From a bacterium (GTDB taxonomy: Bacteria > SAR324 > XYD2-FULL-50-16 > G965216635): a stretch of DNA of 64,000 nucleotides. Position 1 is the stretch's first letter. Every line of letters starts with the position of its first letter. Below, piece by piece: positions 39,992 to 50,107 of this stretch. The stretch is taken from contig OZ244188.1 of assembly GCA_965216635.1 (NCBI GenBank), forward strand, positions 1,600,001 to 1,664,000, given 5' to 3'. The notes under the pieces are model-generated. The model made no database searches, was not told the origin of the DNA, and worked only from the letters and a program-made list of their open reading frames with translations. The position numbers and the translations under genes were made by a program.

Positions 39992-42394
39992 ATGAGTGAA
40001 AAGTTTAATACAGATCCTATTATTGTAGTTATTGCTACAAGTATGAAAAGGACAAATTTGTTATATGAACGTTCCTTGAAGTCTGTATATCAGCAAGAAA
40101 ATATAAATCCACACCAAATTTATATCGTAGATGATAACGACACAGAGAAACTAAAAAATTCAGATGAATTTGGTAAAATTACAAGAATTGTTGAAACTTT
40201 AAAAAAAGAGCTATTACGACCAAAATTTGTAGAAAAAAAAAAAGAATTTCAAGGTATGAAATTTGATAATTTTTTTCATACAACTGTGATACAAAACATA
40301 AGAACAAAAGGCTATTCAGGCACTGGAGCTTGGAATTCAGCAGCTTTTAAAGCTATGCAGTATTCTGGTAGAAATTATTTTCTTGCGTTCCTTGATGACG
40401 ACGATGAATGGAATAAAAATTACTTAAATACCCTTTATGCAACTGTAAAAAATCCAAAAAAAAAACTCATCAAAGAAAAAATAAAAGATGTTAAAAGCAT
40501 AGCTGTAGTATCAGGTTTTTTGAGAAAAGAAAAAAAAAAGACAGAAGAAATCCAAGCAAACAAAAAAAATTTTACAAAAGAAGAATTTTTTATTAGCAAT
40601 CCAGGGTTGCAAGGAAGCAATCTTTTTATTGGACTAAAAACATTTTGGAAGATTGGTGGGTTTGATGAAAGTTTAAAAAGTGCAACGGATAGAGATTTAG
40701 CAATTAGATTAATTGCATACGCAAAACTGAGACCTTCCAAAAAAATAGAATTTGTTGATAGAATTTTGGTTACACATTACGCTATTTCTGAAGACCGTGT
40801 AACTGCTAATCTAGAGAATAAAAAACAAGGTTTGGATGTTTTTTACCGTAAATATTGGCGTCAATTTCCAAAAGAACTACAGCAAAAATCATTAGCTCGA
40901 GCTAAACTACTATTTAACTATAATCTTGATCCTGAAATAAAAAGTATAGAGAAACCTCCTATCATAATACCTGCTGAAGAAAAAAAGAACGTAGATCCTT
41001 TTAATTTAATTATTGGTACAATTTCAGATAGTGCAAAAAATCTAACAGAATTATTCAAATCATTTTTTTGTCTTCATAAAGAATATGGGGAAATTATCAA
41101 AGACTATAGATTTTTAGTTTTAGAAAACACAAAGAACGAATACGAGATAAGACCAGTAATTCATTATTTTAAAGTTGAAAAAAAACTAAAAATTAAACTT
41201 ATAGAAAATAAATCAGAAAAACTTACTATCGCAAAAAGCAGAACTTTTTTGCAAAAGGAAGTATACAAGAAAGGGGAAAAATTATTTGCTAAAAAATACA
41301 TTTCTTGGATAGTAGATGATGATAATGCATTTCGATATGATACTCCCAATAAACAAGAAAAACCCAACTATTTTAAAATTATTGCAGAACAGTCTAAATG
41401 CAAAATAGACGCGATGTTTGGACTAATTTCGGATGCTCCACCTTTACCGTTTTTGAATACTTTAAGAACGCAACTCCTTGATTTTTATTATAACCTATCT
41501 TATTTTGCAAACTGTGATCCAGAAAAAAAATATGAGTTGTCTAGGTTACAACAAAACAACATCTCAAAAGAAGAATTTTATTACGACCTCTCCAGTAAAA
41601 ATTTTCAGCACCTTGAATACCCAGATTATTGGCAATCAAAAGAAGAAAATAATTCTGAAGCTTTCAAAAAGTTTATTGTAGAAACGGCTTTACTATCCGA
41701 TGGAGTTAATGTTTTTAGAAAAATTACTCACGAACCTGAAACAATTGGAAAAATCACTAGAGATTCTATCTATCGTGGTGGGAATACAATAATTTTCAAC
41801 CCTGAATTACTGAAAACAGAAAACTATACCCAAAAACAAGAATACAATAGAAGAAGTGATTTTAATTGGGCAATTATCAACAAATATATATTTGGAAGAA
41901 AACTCAAAGAAATAATATTGCCCTTGCAACACAACAGAGAATTACAGCGAACATCACTAGTTACCAATAAAGATAAACTAGAGGCAGATATACAAGGATT
42001 GGTTTTTTATAGACTGCTGAAAGAAATTTTAAGCAAAGAAAATTGGCAAGAAAAAAAAGATCATAAAACAGAGTTAAAATTTTATAAAAAAATCAATAAA
42101 GAAACATTTACAAAAATAAAAATTAATACCCATAGAATAATATCGCTAACATACTCAATATTAGCTATTTTAAAGGATGTAAAGTTGTGGTGGTATAAGG
42201 CTAAATACCGAGAAAACATAAACCACCTTATTCAACAGAATATATTTACAATGGATGTATTGCAATTTGAATTAGGCAAGCGAAAACTTCAAATTTTTGT
42301 AGAAGATTTAGAAAAAAAGATAAAAAAAAATGAAACTGATATAAAGAGCATTGTTAAAGAAATAAAAACCATCAAAGACAATCTTTCTTTATAA
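39992..42394 (+). CDS. Large glycosyltransferase: GT2 domain plus a probable second GT-A-like domain
   Basis: IVDD, GAWN, FLDDDDEW and GGFDESLKSATDRDL; second half has SR..LQ, WIVDDD, RGGNT and RRSD. Confidence 0.78.
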   Translation: MSEKFNTDPIIVVIATSMKRTNLLYERSLKSVYQQENINPHQIYIVDDNDTEKLKNSDEFGKITRIVETLKKELLRPKFVEKKKEFQGMKFDNFFHTTVIQNIRTKGYSGTGAWNSAAFKAMQYSGRNYFLAFLDDDDEWNKNYLNTLYATVKNPKKKLIKEKIKDVKSIAVVSGFLRKEKKKTEEIQANKKNFTKEEFFISNPGLQGSNLFIGLKTFWKIGGFDESLKSATDRDLAIRLIAYAKLRPSKKIEFVDRILVTHYAISEDRVTANLENKKQGLDVFYRKYWRQFPKELQQKSLARAKLLFNYNLDPEIKSIEKPPIIIPAEEKKNVDPFNLIIGTISDSAKNLTELFKSFFCLHKEYGEIIKDYRFLVLENTKNEYEIRPVIHYFKVEKKLKIKLIENKSEKLTIAKSRTFLQKEVYKKGEKLFAKKYISWIVDDDNAFRYDTPNKQEKPNYFKIIAEQSKCKIDAMFGLISDAPPLPFLNTLRTQLLDFYYNLSYFANCDPEKKYELSRLQQNNISKEEFYYDLSSKNFQHLEYPDYWQSKEENNSEAFKKFIVETALLSDGVNVFRKITHEPETIGKITRDSIYRGGNTIIFNPELLKTENYTQKQEYNRRSDFNWAIINKYIFGRKLKEIILPLQHNRELQRTSLVTNKDKLEADIQGLVFYRLLKEILSKENWQEKKDHKTELKFYKKINKETFTKIKINTHRIISLTYSILAILKDVKLWWYKAKYRENINHLIQQNIFTMDVLQFELGKRKLQIFVEDLEKKIKKNETDIKSIVKEIKTIKDNLSL

Positions 42395-42408
42395 TTTTTA
42401 TGGGCTGT

Positions 42409-42621
42409 AGGGAATTGATTTTTTTATAATCTGCGAGAAAGTTATCTATCTTTTTATAATCTGCGAGAAAGTTATCTATCTTTTTTTGTGAGGTGAGGCA
42501 TAATGATAATATGCGAGATTTCATTGGCTAGAGGGAATTGATTTTTTTATAATCTGCGAGAAAGTTATCTATCTTTTTTTGTGAGGTGAGGCATAATGAT
42601 AATATGCGAGATTTCATTGGC
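42409..42621. repeat. Nested tandem duplications (30-bp unit inside a ~90-bp unit)
   Basis: ttttataatctgcgagaaagttatctatc occurs three times; gtgaggtgaggcataatgataatatgcgagatttcattggct occurs twice. Confidence 0.9.
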
Positions 42622-42639
42622 TGTGGCTAGGCTCCACGA

Positions 42640-42688
42640 GGTTTCTTTTTTTGCTGAATGTTTCCCACTCAATCTTGTAGTAAGCCAA
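42640..42688 (-). pseudogene. 5' remnant of a RelE/StbE-like toxin gene
   Basis: TTG GCT TAC TAC AAG ATT GAG TGG (+1 G) AAA CAT TCA GCA AAA AAA GAA = MAYYKIEW/KHSAKKE, directly after an antitoxin-like ORF. Confidence 0.45.
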
Positions 42689-42706
42689 TTTTTTCTAATT
42701 CTTTTA

Positions 42707-42862
42707 TCAATCAACTAGCACAAGCAATTCATTGTGGCTAGTGGTAGGTTCATCTTTTCTAGCCAAAATAGTAGCTAAATCTTGCAGATTTTCAAAATAG
42801 GATATTGGCAAAACTACAGATTTTTCATTGCCTTTCTCGTCAGTAATAAATTCAACTTCCAT
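42707..42862 (-). CDS. Small antitoxin-like protein, 51 aa; not in ORF track
   Basis: Hand translation MEVEFITDEKGNEKSVVLPISYFENLQDLATILARKDEPTTSHNELLVLVD resembles RelE-associated antitoxins. Confidence 0.55.
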   Translation of the reverse strand: MEVEFITDEKGNEKSVVLPISYFENLQDLATILARKDEPTTSHNELLVLVD

Positions 42863-42982
42863 TTTTTATAAAAATTATATTTTTTTAATTTCTAAAAGCA
42901 ACAATTCAATCAATTCTAAACAGTCTTCTTAATTGAAATATGATTTTGTGATTTCAATGGTTGCCATTCCTCTTTTTTTAAC

Positions 42983-45900
42983 TCAAAAATATAGTTTTTT
43001 AGTATATGGCCAAAGCTCCTCTGTAAAATCTGTTTTTCTCCAAAGTTCTATCTCCGAATTTTTATCTTTTATTATTTTTTCTATCCACTCTTTATGTTCC
43101 AATAATTCTGTTGAATCGCATAAAGATACAATTTTTTCATAAAAATCTACTTTTTCTTGCAATAAAGGCTCTTTGCTACCTGAAAATACTTCTGCTTTTA
43201 ATGTAGGTAAAAATCTTAAATTTTCAAAGTCATCAAAATTTTTATTGAGCTCTAAAAATTTTTTGTAAAAATTTATTCTACGCTCAGACTTAAATTCTGC
43301 AATAACAGAAAAAAGCAAAATCATAAAATCTTTATCAGTATTTTTTTTGCTAATTTCAGACAAAAGGAATTTATCTTGTCTTGTTAGTATTGTCTTATCA
43401 GTCTGAGATTCACGTGGATTAAAAAACACTGTATAGTAGGCAGAAGGGAGAGTTTTTTCTTTGTATTGAAAAACAACTTTTGTTATTCGCTGCATAATAT
43501 TTAGATAATCTTTATGCAACCAAAAAGCTGAGTAGTTATGACTATCATCAGGGTAACTTATAAAATTTTTTTGAGAAAATTTGTTTGCTAAATATCGGTC
43601 TATAAAATTTGGATTACTGTCTGAAAGTTTTGAAAGAATTTTGACATCATAATCCGTATTTTGACCAATTCTATCAACTGCTAGATAAGCGTCTTCAAGT
43701 AATTTAGAATTAGCAGGAAACTCAGAAAATAACTTTTTATTTATTTCTGTAAAAGAATTAAAAACATTAGTTATTATATTAGCAAATCTTGGATCAACTT
43801 TTGCCCTCTCCACAATTTTTTGTATAACTTCAACAGTGACTCCTTTTTGGACAGCGTCATAGTTTAAAAGAAAATCTAAAAAAGAATCTAAGTATTCATA
43901 GTCTAAAATTTTATAACGTTTTAACAGAGCCTTTATTTGTTTTTGTTGAATATCATCTTTAGGAAGGCACTGGTAATAGTTAAAAATCCAATGTTTTTTT
44001 CTAGGAAAATTTGCGGTAGTGATAATATTTAGCGTTTCTTTTGCTCCGCAAGAAGCAATAAGGTTGTGTATTGTAGAACTCGCATTGAGTTCTAAATTTT
44101 TTTTTTTCAGATGATTTTTGATAACTTCACAAAATAATTTTTTGTCTCTTTTTGCTAGGGCTTCTAATACGATTAGAATACCATTATTGATCTGCTTTTT
44201 TGAGTTATCATAAATTTTTTGTAAATTAAAAAATTTATTGAATAATTCTTCATAATTTTTTTTAGAGTAAGATTTTGTTAAATCTGCTATTTTGTTATTT
44301 TTGTATTTTTTAAACCCATCGTAGTCTAATCCTAATTTGTTTTGTAGTGTGTAATTATTTCCCCAATTTTCATATAGCTCATAAGTTTTAGAATAAAATT
44401 GTTTTTTTAATTTTTCTTCAATTGGAATATCAAAACGCTCTAAGAAATGCAAATATTCTTGCACAATAACACAGTGATAAAAATTGGTAGAGTCTAGATT
44501 TTTTTTGAAAAAGTCTAATATAAATTTAGAGTCTTTTTTAGCAATATTGCTAGATAGCTTGTGTGCATTGAATGAAGAATAGCATAGTAATAATTTAAGA
44601 ATGTGATTTTGAAAATATTTGATTTTATAAAAACTAAAAATGTTAGTCAAAATTTTCTCTCTCAGATCAAATAGTTGATTTGTTTCTTGTAGATTAAATC
44701 TTCTGAGAGTTGTTGTCCTATCTCTTTCAGAAATAGGGTCAAAACTTTCAAAATGAGTCTGTAAATAATACTCTGCTAAGGCAATGAATATTCTTGTGAA
44801 ATATTTATTTTTTCCAGCTTTACAAAATTCTAGTATTTTATCAATTACAGTATTTTCTACTACATAATTCCACCTAATAGATTCGGGTATAAAACCGTAA
44901 TTATCAGTCAAACAAGCTAAAATATGAGGTGTTTTAGAAGGTTGTTTTTTAGCGTATTGGAAAAAAAGATCCAAAGAGATTTTAAGTCTATCTTCATTTA
45001 ATCTTTTAAAAGAGGGAAGAATAGTAATAAAATTATGCAAATTTAAATTAGGATTATTCTCATAAAAATCAACTCCAGAATCTTTTTTGAACGAAACTTT
45101 ATCTATATTCAGTTTGTCGTTTGCAAGGGTGTCAATTTTTTTTTTTATAAAATTTAAGCTTTCTGTGGGTTTAGCTAAACAAAACATCTGCAATAATTGA
45201 AAAAATACTTCTTCATCTTTTTCTTGCATTTTTTCCCATACCTCATCAACAGCTGGTTGGATTACTGTTTTTATTTTAATGGTATTAAAAATATCCATTA
45301 TGGGCTTGATGGCATCAACAAGATGGCTCTTAAAACATGGAAAAAAATCGCTAGTTAGAAGGGAAGAAAAATCAAGTTGTTTTTCTTTGAAAAATACAAG
45401 ATAAAAAAGATAGGTGGCTAAAACTTGGTCGGATATTTTTACAATCTCATTTCCATACATATCAAAAATTTCTTTGTTATGTAGTTCTCTAGCTGTCCTC
45501 CAAAAATCTTCTGTAGCAATACCAAATATATCTTTTATAATTTGCATTACATCATTATTGTTCTTATCAACACTACGAAAAAAAACCACAATTCCAGCTA
45601 CTTTTAAAACATTTTCTTTATCTAGTTCAATAAGATCCATTTTAATAGATTCAAAATATTTTTCGTATAGCTCCGAAACATCATTGATACTATTAAGTTG
45701 GTTTTTTTCTTCAGCAACCTTTGCAGCCATTACAGCTATGCGCAAATTTCCTTTTGCGATTTTTTTTATTCTCTCCAAATAAAAATAATTAGTAATTTCA
45801 AATTCTTTCTTTATAAATTCCTGAATTTCTGTATCTGTTAACCGAGCTAATTCTATTTTAGCAAAATCCTCAAAGTCTTGGCATTTTCTGCTAATTTGAT

Positions 45901-46798
45901 TTAGTGCATAATCTCTAACTGTCACAATAATTTTAAAATTTTGGTCACTCCGCTTTTCTTGTAATAGTTGTAAAATAAATTGAAATCCACTGATACGGTT
46001 GGCGTCGTCAACAAAAATTAGATAATCTTTAGAATCTGAAAAATATCTCTTTATATCTTCATATAAACCAACATCTTTATTATAAATACAATAGGGTTTG
46101 TAGGATAAATTTTTTTCTATAAATTCTCTATAGCATTCAATCGCAATTCTTGTTTTTCCCACTCCAGCCTGTCCTGAAATAAGCACTAAATTTTTTTCTT
46201 GTATAGCTTGTATTATTTTTTTCTTTTCATCTTCTCTAAAATGGAAAGTAGTATTTAAGGTTGTAGAGATTCTTTTTTTTTCATTTAGCTCGATGAACCT
46301 ATCTAGTGAAATAATCTGTCCTGTATCTATTTCTATATTAAGATAATCTTTGGTAATGTCTGGGTATCTCTTATACAAATCCAAGGAGATAGCAGACAAA
46401 CCAAAAGATTTAAAATTCACTCCTACAGAACTACATTTTTCACTTAATTGATTTATTTCTCTAGCAGACAAGTCAGAATTATAACATAATACAATTTCTT
46501 CTATTTTTTTAATGGGTATACCTGTTTTAGATTCGTCCAAACATTTAGCTATATCCCCACTGAGTTTTTGAAAAACATTTTTTTCTTGAGCTGTATATTC
46601 TGCAAGAACATATTTCTTATTTGAGTGTTCAAAAAGTGCATCGGGAGTTCCTTTTCTAGTTTTATTGCTTCCAGCAACAGAACCTATAGCAGTTATTAAT
46701 TTATATTCTTTTTTTGCCAAGTAAGAATTGGCTAATTTTTCAAACTCACCGCTTCCTAATTCAAGTAACTTATTTGCAATTTGATTGATTTTTGACAT
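42983..46798 (-). CDS. Large STAND-like P-loop NTPase with putative N-terminal restriction-endonuclease-like domain
   Basis: FEKL..TPD..AEYT N-terminus; Walker A GQAGVGKT; Walker B LIFVDDA; VTVRDY; long helical C-terminus. Confidence 0.72.
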   Translation of the reverse strand: MSKINQIANKLLELGSGEFEKLANSYLAKKEYKLITAIGSVAGSNKTRKGTPDALFEHSNKKYVLAEYTAQEKNVFQKLSGDIAKCLDESKTGIPIKKIEEIVLCYNSDLSAREINQLSEKCSSVGVNFKSFGLSAISLDLYKRYPDITKDYLNIEIDTGQIISLDRFIELNEKKRISTTLNTTFHFREDEKKKIIQAIQEKNLVLISGQAGVGKTRIAIECYREFIEKNLSYKPYCIYNKDVGLYEDIKRYFSDSKDYLIFVDDANRISGFQFILQLLQEKRSDQNFKIIVTVRDYALNQISRKCQDFEDFAKIELARLTDTEIQEFIKKEFEITNYFYLERIKKIAKGNLRIAVMAAKVAEEKNQLNSINDVSELYEKYFESIKMDLIELDKENVLKVAGIVVFFRSVDKNNNDVMQIIKDIFGIATEDFWRTARELHNKEIFDMYGNEIVKISDQVLATYLFYLVFFKEKQLDFSSLLTSDFFPCFKSHLVDAIKPIMDIFNTIKIKTVIQPAVDEVWEKMQEKDEEVFFQLLQMFCLAKPTESLNFIKKKIDTLANDKLNIDKVSFKKDSGVDFYENNPNLNLHNFITILPSFKRLNEDRLKISLDLFFQYAKKQPSKTPHILACLTDNYGFIPESIRWNYVVENTVIDKILEFCKAGKNKYFTRIFIALAEYYLQTHFESFDPISERDRTTTLRRFNLQETNQLFDLREKILTNIFSFYKIKYFQNHILKLLLCYSSFNAHKLSSNIAKKDSKFILDFFKKNLDSTNFYHCVIVQEYLHFLERFDIPIEEKLKKQFYSKTYELYENWGNNYTLQNKLGLDYDGFKKYKNNKIADLTKSYSKKNYEELFNKFFNLQKIYDNSKKQINNGILIVLEALAKRDKKLFCEVIKNHLKKKNLELNASSTIHNLIASCGAKETLNIITTANFPRKKHWIFNYYQCLPKDDIQQKQIKALLKRYKILDYEYLDSFLDFLLNYDAVQKGVTVEVIQKIVERAKVDPRFANIITNVFNSFTEINKKLFSEFPANSKLLEDAYLAVDRIGQNTDYDVKILSKLSDSNPNFIDRYLANKFSQKNFISYPDDSHNYSAFWLHKDYLNIMQRITKVVFQYKEKTLPSAYYTVFFNPRESQTDKTILTRQDKFLLSEISKKNTDKDFMILLFSVIAEFKSERRINFYKKFLELNKNFDDFENLRFLPTLKAEVFSGSKEPLLQEKVDFYEKIVSLCDSTELLEHKEWIEKIIKDKNSEIELWRKTDFTEELWPYTKKLYF

Positions 46799-46801
46799 AA
46801 T

Positions 46802-49651
46802 TTATTTTTTGGTGAGGTTTTGCATTCCGATGGTGTAGGTGTGGTATAGCCCGAATAGGAATTCTATGCGCTCTCTTTCGTTGGCGAATTTTTTCTTGGA
46901 ATAGCAAGAATCCACAGCTCTATCTAGTGAGTTATGGGCTTTGACTAATTTTGCGGGCATTGTGTTCGGGTCGTATATATCGGCTAGCGAGTTGTCGGGA
47001 AATTCTTTGCGAGCGTCTAGCACTGCTTGGGCTAGCTGTTTGATTTTTTCTTTTTTGGCGTCGCTGACTTCTTGGGGAAAAGGGAAATTGTTATAGACAA
47101 TTTTATTGGAATATCTGTAACGACTTTCCAATCTACCGCAGGTGTATTTCATCCAGACCATGTGCATTTCGCTAGTGATGATTCCAAAATGATAGAGGGT
47201 AGCGTTGGACACAATAGAGCAACTGTTATTAGCTATATAATTTTTTGAAAAAAGACTTATAGGAACATACTTTCTCCTTTCTGATGAGACAAGTGGAATG
47301 AGTAAAAAGCTGGAATTGGGCTGTCTAATTTCTCCAAATAGTGCGGGGTATTGTGCTAGTTCTTGTGTGGTTTTTCTGTTGCTAGCCAATCTATATTTTT
47401 TTACTGCTTCTATTCTTTGCAAAACCAAAGGCATAGTTTTTAATTCTTTGGGGTCTGCTTCCAGCAACCAGAGACACCATCTTTTTTCTGCGTTGAGATA
47501 TTCTCTGCTACTCAATAAAGGTCTAAAATAATTTTTGGCTTGCGGCTCTTTTTTTACAAATTCCTTTTTTTCTTTGTCTGTAAATAAAAAATTTCCGTTA
47601 TCGTTGGGCATACTCCCAAATTTAATTTCAGGAATATTGGAAATGGGTTTGCTTCTTTTGGTGATGAGAATGTTTTTGCCTTCCAAAAGATAGGGGTTGA
47701 TATTTTTTACAGCTATCTCGTAGGGTTCGCCTTTGGGGTCTTCGTAGTCAAAGAGTCTTTTTTGTGTGGCGTCAAAAATAGCAAATCCTATAATGACTAC
47801 ATGCACATTAGCCTTGCCAGCGGCTTCGCTATCCCAAGCAAAAGTGCGGTGGGCAAAACCGATTTTGATTTTGTATTTGTGCAGCAATTCGTGCCACAAG
47901 ATAGCTGTCTGCTCGCCTTGAGAAATGGAATTGGTAGAAACAAAACCGACTTTGATTTTTGTATTTTGAATGTAAGCTGCTGCTTTGAAATACCAAGCGG
48001 TGACATAATCCAAAACTCCAGCTCCCTTAATAGATTGACAAATCAAATCCATATCTGCATTTTGCTCTTTTGTGATAAAAGCTTTTCCAATAAAAGGCGG
48101 ATTGCCTAAAATATAAGAAAGTTGCTCGGGCGGGATAATGGATTTCCAACAGAGTTGCAGGGCGTTTCCTTTGATGATTTCTGCTTTTTTTTTGAGTGGA
48201 ATGCGGGCGAAGTATCCGCCAAAGGTTTTGGATAATTCTAGGTTCATAAGGTGATCCATTAGCCAAAGTCCTACCGTTGCAATTTCTGCGGGGTATTCTT
48301 CAATCTCTATTCCGTAAAAATTATCTACATCAATTTTAGAAAATCCAGCTATATCTAGTTGTCTAGTATTTTTGTTGGAGTTTTGAATTCTTAAAACTTC
48401 AATCTCTAGTTTTCTGATTTCTCTATAGGCTATAATCAAAAAATTACCGCAACCACAAGCAGGGTCTAAAAATTTTAGGCGGGCTAGTTTTAAATGAAAT
48501 TCTGCTAGTTTTCGGGGGTTATTTTTTACTTTTTTAAATTCTTCTTTCAACTCATCTAAAAATAGCGGGTCAATGGTTTTTAAGATGTTTTTTTCGCTGG
48601 TGTAGTGCTCTCCTAAACTGCGTCTTTTTATTTTATCTGCTACCGATTGAAAAAGTGAGCCAAAAATAGCGGGGGAGATTTTGCTCCAATCAAAATTGCA
48701 ACATTTCAATAGAGCAGAGCGCATACGGCTATTGAAAGCGGGAGTATTCATTTTTTTTTCAAATAACTCTCCATTGACATAGGGGAAATTAGCAATTTGC
48801 TCGTCTAGGTTGGTTTGTCTTTTGTTCTCTTCTTTGTTGAGTATTTCAAAAAGGTGTTGCAGCTGCGAGCCTAAATCAGAGCCGTCTTCTTGGGTTTTTT
48901 CTTCAATGAAAATTTTAAATTCGTCTCTACTAAAAATTTCAGTATTTTCTGCAAACAGACAAAAAAGAATCCGCACCAATAAAATATCTAGGTCTTTTTT
49001 TTGATAATTAGCCTCTGTCATTTCGTCGTAAAGTTCTCCCATCAATTCAGCGGCTTCTATGTTGACGGGGTCTTGGTCTTGGTATTCTCTTTCTTTATAG
49101 CCTGCTATAAAACCAAAAAGTTTTATATTTTTGGAAAAATCTTTAAGTTTGAACTTGTGTGTTCTGTCTTTTTCTGGGTTGGCTTTTTCTGGGTTGGCTT
49201 TTTCTGGGCTGGCTTTTTCTGGGTTGGCTTTTTCTGGGCTGTCTTTGTCTGAGTTGGCTTTGTCTGGGCTGTCTTTTTCTGGGTTGGCTTTTTCTAGGTC
49301 GTAAAGGTGTAGGTTTTCAAAATCGGAAATTAAAATGTAGCGAGGGTGTTCTTCTGGTTTTAAGGTTTGGCAATAGTCTAAGGCTTGGGCGTAGGCTTTT
49401 TCTAGGTCTTTCCCGCGAGACTTATGTTCTGCTAAAAGCACTCCTTTCCACAATAAATCTATACTGCCTGTGGTGTTTTTGAGTGTTTTAGCTGTTTTTT
49501 CAAAAGTAGCTACTCTTCTGCGGGATACACCGAAAATAGCAAAAAGTTCGTTATAAAAAGATTGAGCCTCTGAGCGTTCTTTTTCTGCATCCTTCCATTC
49601 ATTTTGAAAACGAAAGGCTCTGTCTCTGATTTCATTCCAAGATAATGGCAT
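46802..49651 (-). CDS. MmeI-like type IIL restriction-modification enzyme
   Basis: E..EAQSF, IDL..AEHKS, SPAIFGSLFQ, GEHYT, LDPACGCGNF, GNPPF and YNNFPFP motifs. Confidence 0.9.
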   Translation of the reverse strand: MPLSWNEIRDRAFRFQNEWKDAEKERSEAQSFYNELFAIFGVSRRRVATFEKTAKTLKNTTGSIDLLWKGVLLAEHKSRGKDLEKAYAQALDYCQTLKPEEHPRYILISDFENLHLYDLEKANPEKDSPDKANSDKDSPEKANPEKASPEKANPEKANPEKDRTHKFKLKDFSKNIKLFGFIAGYKEREYQDQDPVNIEAAELMGELYDEMTEANYQKKDLDILLVRILFCLFAENTEIFSRDEFKIFIEEKTQEDGSDLGSQLQHLFEILNKEENKRQTNLDEQIANFPYVNGELFEKKMNTPAFNSRMRSALLKCCNFDWSKISPAIFGSLFQSVADKIKRRSLGEHYTSEKNILKTIDPLFLDELKEEFKKVKNNPRKLAEFHLKLARLKFLDPACGCGNFLIIAYREIRKLEIEVLRIQNSNKNTRQLDIAGFSKIDVDNFYGIEIEEYPAEIATVGLWLMDHLMNLELSKTFGGYFARIPLKKKAEIIKGNALQLCWKSIIPPEQLSYILGNPPFIGKAFITKEQNADMDLICQSIKGAGVLDYVTAWYFKAAAYIQNTKIKVGFVSTNSISQGEQTAILWHELLHKYKIKIGFAHRTFAWDSEAAGKANVHVVIIGFAIFDATQKRLFDYEDPKGEPYEIAVKNINPYLLEGKNILITKRSKPISNIPEIKFGSMPNDNGNFLFTDKEKKEFVKKEPQAKNYFRPLLSSREYLNAEKRWCLWLLEADPKELKTMPLVLQRIEAVKKYRLASNRKTTQELAQYPALFGEIRQPNSSFLLIPLVSSERRKYVPISLFSKNYIANNSCSIVSNATLYHFGIITSEMHMVWMKYTCGRLESRYRYSNKIVYNNFPFPQEVSDAKKEKIKQLAQAVLDARKEFPDNSLADIYDPNTMPAKLVKAHNSLDRAVDSCYSKKKFANERERIEFLFGLYHTYTIGMQNLTKK

Positions 49652-49693
49652 TGTTTTAACTTAAAAACGATTTGTCTTTAATTTAAAGGCAAA

Positions 49694-50080
49694 CTAAAGT
49701 TTTCCAACTTCTTCTAAAACTTTTCTAGCGATTCTGAAACACTCTACTCCTGAGGGCACTCCGCAATAAATGGCAATCGTGTGAATAATGGCTTTTATTT
49801 CTTCTTTGCTGACGCCATTGTTTAATGCACCTTTTAAGTGCAGTTCCCATTCGTGCATTTTTCCAAGTGCTGCAATCATCGTAAGGTTCATCATAGAACG
49901 GGTTTTCACATCAATCGTTTCATCTCCCCAACCAAAACCCCAGCACCACTGAGTCATTTGCTCTTGAAAATCCAGATTAAAATCGTCCGCTTTTTCCAAA
50001 TTTTTATTTACATATTCCTCGCCTAAAGTAGCTTTGCGTTTTGCTAGCCCTAGTTTAAATAGTTCTTTATCCATAGTCAT
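49694..50080 (-). CDS. Carboxymuconolactone decarboxylase family protein
   Basis: GLAKRKATLG.EYV, KTRSM, HLKGALNNG and AIYCGVP motifs. Confidence 0.88.
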   Translation of the reverse strand: MTMDKELFKLGLAKRKATLGEEYVNKNLEKADDFNLDFQEQMTQWCWGFGWGDETIDVKTRSMMNLTMIAALGKMHEWELHLKGALNNGVSKEEIKAIIHTIAIYCGVPSGVECFRIARKVLEEVGKL

Positions 50081-50107
50081 GTTATTGTTTTTATTAAAAA
50101 GTCCAAA

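Noticed and set aside
42409..42621. Possible CRISPR or iteron array
   Set aside because: Simple nested tandem duplications without unique spacers; no rep or cas gene nearby.
49001..49482. ORFs with FLGWL/GFFW repeats, and similar ORFs at 35560-35815
   Set aside because: Alternative-frame readings of the 15-bp repeats in the MmeI-like and SCO genes.
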